Positions 34,962 through 40,095 of a stretch of DNA of 40,095 bases are shown in pieces. A program made the position numbers and the translations under genes. The stretch covers positions 1 to 40,095 of the IMG/VR virus record IMGVR_UViG_3300008255_000229; one strand, 5' to 3'. The first letter of the stretch is position 1. Each line of letters opens with the position of its first letter. This DNA is from a virus (Duplodnaviria; Caudoviricetes). The notes under the pieces are model-generated. The model worked only from the letters and a program-made list of their open reading frames with translations. It did no database searches and was not told where the DNA came from.

Positions 34962-35797
34962 TGCGGCTCGGCTCCCTCCGCCGCCTTCTTGGCAAGAATA
35001 GCCTTCTTGTCTTTCAGCTTGTTGATCAGTGCCCCATAAGGCCACGGGCCGCGCGTCGTCAGTTCGTCCAGACTCTTCGGCCCGTCCGGCCCATACACCG
35101 CCGCCAGCGCCTTTTTCGTGTCGCTGTTGGTTTCCTGGATCAGGGCGATAATATCTTCCTTCGTCTCTGGGCTTATTTGAATACTGCCGTTGCCGGAGGC
35201 GGCGTCATCTTCGACGTGCAGATCGCCCTTGTGCCAGAGATAAAGCGCCGCCCCAAACCGCATGGCCGCGTTACGCAGCGCATCACCGATCACTTCCTTT
35301 TCGCGCGCTCCGATTTCCTTGTACGTCGATGATTCCGCGTGTCCATAGCCAAGCCGCGTTTGCCCGCACACCGTCAACTTGATCCAAAGGCCGCCGGTAT
35401 TGTCGAAAGCAGGTAGCCCGGCCTCAGTAAACGCCAGAGGCTCCCAATTCCAATTCGGATCGGCATCAAGCAATCTGTCGGTAAGCGCCGCATGGCCGAC
35501 GTAATCCAGGTGGACAATCTTTGATGTGGCATGATACCCGCCGCACAAATCGCACCGGGCCTTGGGCAGTTTGTCCATTTCCTCCTTTTTCGCCATCGGC
35601 CTCGGAAGCTTGCTGATTTGATGCGCCGGAAACGGCTGGCGGAGCAAGCCCAGCCCGCTCAGTGACGCCTGTTCCTCGGGTGACTTGCCGGAAGATTCCG
35701 CGCCCTGTTTTTTCAAGCCGATGGCATTCGGCCATGTAATTTCCTCGGGCGACGTGTCGTAAAATTCCGCCGCCTGATTTGTGAGTTCGTCGGTCAT
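34958..35797 (-). CDS. Sak/Rad52-like single-strand annealing protein
   Basis: L..PF, LDYVGHA.LTDRLL..DP.W.W and KE.IGDALRNAAMRFG.ALYLW motifs; adjacent to exonuclease and SSB. Confidence 0.8.
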   Translation of the reverse strand: MTDELTNQAAEFYDTSPEEITWPNAIGLKKQGAESSGKSPEEQASLSGLGLLRQPFPAHQISKLPRPMAKKEEMDKLPKARCDLCGGYHATSKIVHLDYVGHAALTDRLLDADPNWNWEPLAFTEAGLPAFDNTGGLWIKLTVCGQTRLGYGHAESSTYKEIGAREKEVIGDALRNAAMRFGAALYLWHKGDLHVEDDAASGNGSIQISPETKEDIIALIQETNSDTKKALAAVYGPDGPKSLDELTTRGPWPYGALINKLKDKKAILAKKAAEGAEPQ

Positions 35798-36069
35798 GTG
35801 TCAGACTCCTTATGGGGGTGTCTCCGCAACCATTCGCGGAAATCATCAATGCGGTGCGGGTATGGGTTAGTTGGCTTTTCGTCCAACGCTCGAAAATGAT
35901 CGCGGTCGGATGCTTGAAGCCACCGCAAAACGTGGCAGACGGTATTAAACTCCCCGAGCCAGCGGTATGCGTTGGCAACATTATCTGACAGATGCCAATA
36001 CCTATCAGCATTGCGGCCAAGTTCTGGACATATCCAGCGAGCGAAGTTTTCGCGCCACGTCATCCTCAT
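35794..36069 (-). CDS. Hypothetical protein
   Basis: AGGAGG RBS; ATGA-coupled to the annealase gene. Confidence 0.6.
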   Translation of the reverse strand: MRMTWRENFARWICPELGRNADRYWHLSDNVANAYRWLGEFNTVCHVLRWLQASDRDHFRALDEKPTNPYPHRIDDFREWLRRHPHKESDT

Positions 36070-36312
36070 TCCTCCTTTTCAGGTATTAATTTGCAGAAAA
36101 TGCAAATTACTCCGGCTCCCTCAACAGGTCGAGCCTGTCGCCGAAGTGGTCGATGACGGCTTGGGCATTTGACGTAGGTTATGGGGGTCATTTCAACGAT
36201 CCTATAAACAAGGCAATTCCGGCGAGGGTTAATGGTATCTCATTGGGATCACCCATTAATTCCATTACTCCCGCCGCGGTCAAAAACGTTCCCGCAAATG
36301 TGTTCCATAGCA

Positions 36313-36618
36313 TCACTCACCTCCTTTCAAGATATGGCGGATAGCGGCTTGGATAATGCCTTCCGCCACAAGTTGCAATTCGGGTCTGTCGCCCACGGCG
36401 GCAGCTTTCGTCCCTAGCGTCACGTTCATCATTTCCTCAAGGATGGTGCGGGTGTCAGCCAGATATACCGCGAACACGTCCTGGCCTTCTTTGAATTCAA
36501 GTTCCCCCGCGTCATGGGTGCGCAGGAATGCCGCCTTCGCCAATCGCTCAATAACTGTCATCTTCCCGATACTTTCTGCCCTTCGAGCCGCTTCCGCGAC
36601 GTTGGGGTTGTAGGTCAT
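36313..36618 (-). CDS. Hypothetical protein
   Basis: Coupled small early gene. Confidence 0.6.
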   Translation of the reverse strand: MTYNPNVAEAARRAESIGKMTVIERLAKAAFLRTHDAGELEFKEGQDVFAVYLADTRTILEEMMNVTLGTKAAAVGDRPELQLVAEGIIQAAIRHILKGGE

Positions 36619-36860
36619 TTTTCAGCTACTTCCCCGCCCGCTCGGGCGGCGTTGATTATCCGATACCAATTGACATTGCCGTGGAACCCCTGCGCGATCA
36701 CATAGGCACCCCACAAAGCCTGCAACGTCATGTGAATGTGTTCTTCCCCGCGCGACAACGAAACCCACGTCTCACACCTACGCTCCTGGGTGACGTTGAC
36801 GAGGATATCGCCGTCGGTGTCGGGAATCTTGCGGGCAATTTCGGGTGCTTCGTCGGTCAC
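36615..36860 (-). CDS. Hypothetical protein
   Basis: Coupled small early gene. Confidence 0.55.
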   Translation of the reverse strand: MTDEAPEIARKIPDTDGDILVNVTQERRCETWVSLSRGEEHIHMTLQALWGAYVIAQGFHGNVNWYRIINAARAGGEVAEK

Positions 36861-36984
36861 GATATCAACCCCCGAGCTTTCGTGACGGCCAAGCCGATTT
36901 TAATCGAAATCGGCGTTTCCTCTGTTGCGTCAATCTCGGCAACGAACGAAACCTCACCAGTCGTCCATTTTTTGATCGGGAACT

Positions 36985-37212
36985 TCATGATATCATTTCC
37001 TCATAGGTCCGGAGTTCGTTTTTCAGGTCTTCAATCGTGCCCTCAATCCATTCCAAAGAATCTTGGATCGGGCAATCTCCGAAGGGAACGTGCGTACATT
37101 TGTCCGCCCGCTCGAAAAGGGCCTTGACGTGGGGAAGAACGCCTTCCAGGAACTGGAGGTCTTCAAGCGCCGCGTCCTGGTCAATGCTGTTGCCGATGGG
37201 ATTGACCATCAC
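36985..37212 (-). CDS. Hypothetical protein
   Basis: AAGGGGG RBS; acidic 75 aa. Confidence 0.55.
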   Translation of the reverse strand: MMVNPIGNSIDQDAALEDLQFLEGVLPHVKALFERADKCTHVPFGDCPIQDSLEWIEGTIEDLKNELRTYEEMIS

Positions 37213-37364
37213 TTGCCCCCTTCCTTGGTGCCACGGGCGACGATGAGGGCGGCACGAGCATCAACGCAAGCCTTTCTCATGCCATCTGGGTGGATATAAC
37301 CCAGCCCATCATCCGCGGACAGGGGAATAAACTCTACCGGACCCTTCGTAAACTTACCCATCAC

Positions 37365-38066
37365 TCAGTCCTTTCCAGAATAAACAGGAGCCGCCTCGAT
37401 CAGCCCAATGAGCATATCCGCGTAGTGCGCCCACGCGGCGGCGGCGTCGGCGGCGGCAGAGGCGGCGGCATAGGAGGCGGCAGAGGCGGCGGCAGAGGCG
37501 GCGGCATCGGCGGCAGAGGCGGCGGCAGAGGCGGCGGCAGAGGCGGCAATGCCGGCGGCATCGGCGGCGGCAGAGGCGGCATCGGCGGCATCGGCGGCGG
37601 CAGAGGCGGCGGCACGGTCAATCCTCTCCCCCCGCGTTGCGGGCTCGATCACAGCGGCGGATTGCAAGATCACGCCCCGCACGTCCTTGGTGTAATCCTT
37701 TTCCGCCAGTTCGAGCAACATGGAATGCAAGAATTTCCGTGGCACCAAGGACAAGTCCTTACCTCGCGCAGCGCGGTGAAACCGGAGGGGCCATTCCTTG
37801 GCGAGACCGTTGGGCAGCCCCTCGAAGATGGCGTCTTGCAAGCGCCCGCATATGTGACCGCCGGGGCCGTAGATTTCATCGTAGAGGGCGTGGTTGTTGC
37901 GGGACGCTTTCCGGCCCGAAGCCTTGCGGAAAGCATCCAAGGTGCAGCCGACGGCGCAGCCCCTGCCGTTTTCCCAGTAGGTGCCCTTGACGAAATGATC
38001 GGCGTCGTGATGGGCGATCAGGCCCTTTTCGATGGCATCGTGAAGGGCAGCGTTGAAGGTGTACAC
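37365..38066 (-). CDS. Phage protein with Ala-rich repeat tract
   Basis: H..AD....G.YW.NGRGCAVGC and L.D.IFEGL motifs; (A/S/D)AAA tract; GGAGG RBS. Confidence 0.75.
   Translation of the reverse strand: MYTFNAALHDAIEKGLIAHHDADHFVKGTYWENGRGCAVGCTLDAFRKASGRKASRNNHALYDEIYGPGGHICGRLQDAIFEGLPNGLAKEWPLRFHRAARGKDLSLVPRKFLHSMLLELAEKDYTKDVRGVILQSAAVIEPATRGERIDRAAASAAADAADAASAAADAAGIAASAAASAAASAADAAASAAASAASYAAASAAADAAAAWAHYADMLIGLIEAAPVYSGKD
37435..37613. repeat. Degenerate 9/12-nt tandem repeat (GCGGCGGCAGAG / GCGGCATCG)
   Basis: Seen directly; encodes the SAAA/DAA tract on the minus strand. Confidence 0.85.
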
Positions 38067-38069
38067 GGC

Positions 38070-38624
38070 TTAGTCCTCCTTGGTGTTGGCGACGTGGACA
38101 GCATCCGAGGCGCAGGACCACGGACCTGTTTCGTCCTTAGTGTTGGCGAGGGCGGCGCGGGCGTTGGCCCATTCGGGGATTTTTGTGCTCAACCGCTCCG
38201 CCGTTGTGACGTAATCCGCGCAACTAACGAGCGCCTGCAACGCCTCCCGCAATTCCTTATTCTCGGCGCGGAGGCGGTCGATCAGGAACGCGCTCAGATT
38301 GGCCCGGCTCACGTCGGCACCACGCAGATTTGCGCCCCCAAGATCGGCATTACGCAGGTTATATTCGCTTTCGTCGTTCATCTCTCGTTCCTCCGGAAAC
38401 TCAACGCGGACATCGCCGCCTTCGTAGATCACATAAGCGGCAGGATCGGCCAGAGCCAAGTCCGCCACCGTCTTTGCAATCCGAATGATCGCTTGCCCCT
38501 CGGTGGGGCACTCTGCGATTTCGCGTTGCGCGCGACGTATCGCAGAATCCAAACTTCCGGAGCCGTACGCCATAGCGCAAACCCCTGGTGGCGTGTCGTA
38601 ATCACGATCAATAAGATATTCCAT
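38070..38624 (-). CDS. Mosaic hypothetical protein with a short pentapeptide-repeat stub
   Basis: AGGAGG RBS; NLRNA-DLGGA-NLRGA-DVSRA-NLS, then ELREAL...ARAAL module. Confidence 0.55.
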   Translation of the reverse strand: MEYLIDRDYDTPPGVCAMAYGSGSLDSAIRRAQREIAECPTEGQAIIRIAKTVADLALADPAAYVIYEGGDVRVEFPEEREMNDESEYNLRNADLGGANLRGADVSRANLSAFLIDRLRAENKELREALQALVSCADYVTTAERLSTKIPEWANARAALANTKDETGPWSCASDAVHVANTKED

Positions 38625-38648
38625 CTCTCATTCCTCCTAAGTGCGGTG

Positions 38649-38912
38649 CTATTCAATGCGCCAGATGCGGACGCCCGTAACGCCTTTTACCGTGACCCGG
38701 CGGCCCAAAAATCTTTTATTACGCCGCGCCGCATAGGCCTTTGCAGCCGCGTAAGCCCGTGCGTTCCCCTTTTTATCGCCGGTCGTTGCGCCAGGGAAAA
38801 ACTGGCTATCCCCGATTTCCATCTTCTCCCACCCGTACTTGCACCTGCGGCATCCGTCGTGGCCGCGTTCAGGAATGGGAATCCCCTTCTCGATTTTGAA
38901 CGTAGACTCCAT
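38649..38912 (-). CDS. Small phage DNA-binding-like protein, first gene of the leftward early operon
   Basis: FKIEKGIPIP...KY.W..ME.GDS.F...GVRIWRI; AGGAGG RBS. Confidence 0.75.
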   Translation of the reverse strand: MESTFKIEKGIPIPERGHDGCRRCKYGWEKMEIGDSQFFPGATTGDKKGNARAYAAAKAYAARRNKRFLGRRVTVKGVTGVRIWRIE

Positions 38913-38933
38913 TTGGTTTGCCTCCTGGCGAAG

Positions 38934-39050
38934 TTGTAAGAAGTCGTTACAAGTTGGTAAGCCTTTGTGCCACGTCGGCAACCGCGCTGCAAGAAAAAAG
39001 TTCCCGCCAGGAAAAAATATCTTGCGCCCCATTTCCCATCATGGCATACA
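38934..39050. promoter_or_regulatory. Divergent promoter switch with three operator-like palindromes
   Basis: TGCC-N5-GGCA (38968), TTCC-N5-GGAA (39001), TCCC-N5-GGCA (39034); TTGCGC-17-CATACA rightward; TTGCAG-17-CACAAA leftward. Confidence 0.6.
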
Positions 39051-39056
39051 GGCATT

Positions 39057-39242
39057 ATGAAACTCGCAGATTGGATGAAGGCCAACGGCCTGACGGATAC
39101 AAAGCTGGCCCGGAAAATGGGCATCAGGCACGTATCCACCGTGCATCGCTGGCGGACCGGGGTTCGTAAACCGGACTGGCCATGCCTGCAAAGGATCATG
39201 GAAATTACCAAAGGCAAGGTCAAGCCCGAGGATTTCTTTTAA
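39057..39242 (+). CDS. Cro-like XRE HTH protein
   Basis: MKL..W....GLT...LA..MG....STV.RW..G.R.P......I...T.G.V...DF. Confidence 0.85.
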   Translation: MKLADWMKANGLTDTKLARKMGIRHVSTVHRWRTGVRKPDWPCLQRIMEITKGKVKPEDFF

Positions 39243-39252
39243 GGGGGCTCAC

Positions 39253-39396
39253 ATGCAAGCCTGGAACGAACAGCCGGAACTTGACGCGCTTTCCGCCAAA
39301 CTATTCCGCTTCGCCGGGACGCTTGGCGCGGTGCTTCTGATTTTCTCTCTCGCCTATTTCGTGCCCGAGGTAATCTCGGCGGTGGTGGGCAAATGA
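39253..39396 (+). CDS. 47-aa single-TM peptide (not in ORF track)
   Basis: AAGGGGG RBS; hydrophobic C-half; ATGA-coupled to the next peptide. Confidence 0.5.
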   Translation: MQAWNEQPELDALSAKLFRFAGTLGAVLLIFSLAYFVPEVISAVVGK

Positions 39397-39491
39397 ACGC
39401 GACATATCTCATGGTCGGGGCCATTGGCTTCTGCCTTGGAATGATCGTTGCCCTTGTATCCTTCGCGGTGCTGGCGACTGGATTAGTTTAG
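39393..39491 (+). CDS. 32-aa hydrophobic peptide (not in ORF track)
   Basis: MNATYLMVGAIGFCLGMIVALVSFAVLATGLV. Confidence 0.45.
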   Translation: MNATYLMVGAIGFCLGMIVALVSFAVLATGLV

Positions 39492-39791
39492 CTTGCTGTT
39501 GGTCCGAGTAGGGGCGAGTCAACACGCCCTTCATACCCGCCAACGCGATGCGTGAAGATTCGGATAGCGCTCGCCCAATCAAGGAACAGTGACGTGCAAA
39601 ACCTGGGATGCTATCATATGTTCGGTTCTGACGTTTCCCCCAAACTAGCCAGGGCCTTCGGGCCTCGGCACCTTTTTCCCGCCTCAGTGCGAGCGCCCGC
39701 AATGGTCCCGGAGCCGGTGTGTTTCCCAGGCGCATTGAAACCGAGCCGTGCGGGCGCTCACACAGATACGGATTAATTAACGGAGGCTATC

Positions 39792-40095
39792 ATGTATGAC
39801 TTTAATCAACTTGTGGCATCTATCTGGCTTTCCGATGGTTCCCACAAATCACCCGACGAGGGTGTTTGTGCAATGGAGTTGGTGGCACTTCTCGAAGGCT
39901 TGGAACACACCGACCACCCGCCATGTACGTGCCCCGTCATTGCGGCTTATGTTCGAACATTTAACGACCGCCTGCCCGATGAAAAGCGACAGGGGTTGAT
40001 TAAATACATTCCTCGGCTTGTTGGCACCGTGTCTCCGCAGCACGAACAAGAACGGTCCGAATATCTTGCATGGCAAGCAATCACAGTAATCACGC
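39792..40095 (+). CDS. Phage hypothetical protein, 3'-truncated by the window (not in ORF track)
   Basis: GGAGG RBS; L..GSH.SP..G.C.ME....L.G...TDHP.C.CPVI..Y...FND.L motif; open to the end. Confidence 0.75.
   Translation, partial: MYDFNQLVASIWLSDGSHKSPDEGVCAMELVALLEGLEHTDHPPCTCPVIAAYVRTFNDRLPDEKRQGLIKYIPRLVGTVSPQHEQERSEYLAWQAITVIT

Noticed and set aside
37290-38939. 549-aa + strand Gly/Arg-rich ORF
   Set aside because: Antisense shadow of three minus-strand genes that have RBSs; the GGRGG run is the reverse reading of the Ala repeat.
1-40095. Window is a complete circular genome
   Set aside because: No terminal overlap seen; the open ORFs at the two ends look like different protein families.

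Overview
About 40 kb of a podovirus-type phage or prophage, probably from an alphaproteobacterial host (inferred from the SSB and other protein styles). An apparently intact late operon runs on the minus strand from 28630 to 3485: TerS, TerL, T7/BPP-1-type portal, scaffold, major capsid, two tandem glycosyltransferase-like proteins, tail tubular A/B, a GNAT protein, three internal virion proteins, tail fibre, endolysin and overlapping spanins. A leftward early operon carries a Sak/Rad52-like annealase, a YqaJ exonuclease, SSB and an HNH gene. A cro-like gene faces it across a three-operator switch that has no cI gene. Two damaged accessory islands (about 1.1-3.1 kb and 29.4-32.0 kb) share an identical 21-bp IS-like end and carry no transposase. 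They hold defence-type cargo: a BstA-like abortive-infection gene split into two halves 29 kb apart on opposite strands, a Panacea antitoxin with a membrane partner, a P63C protein and a nested tRNA-in-tRNA-like RNA; an rtcB remnant abuts the first island. One ~29-kb inversion (about 3070-31957) would rejoin bstA, merge both islands into one cargo block and restore a lambdoid gene orientation. Several microhomology junctions mean assembly or amplification chimerism must be excluded. No integrase, cI, replication initiator or transposase is seen. All family assignments come from motif recognition, not database searches.
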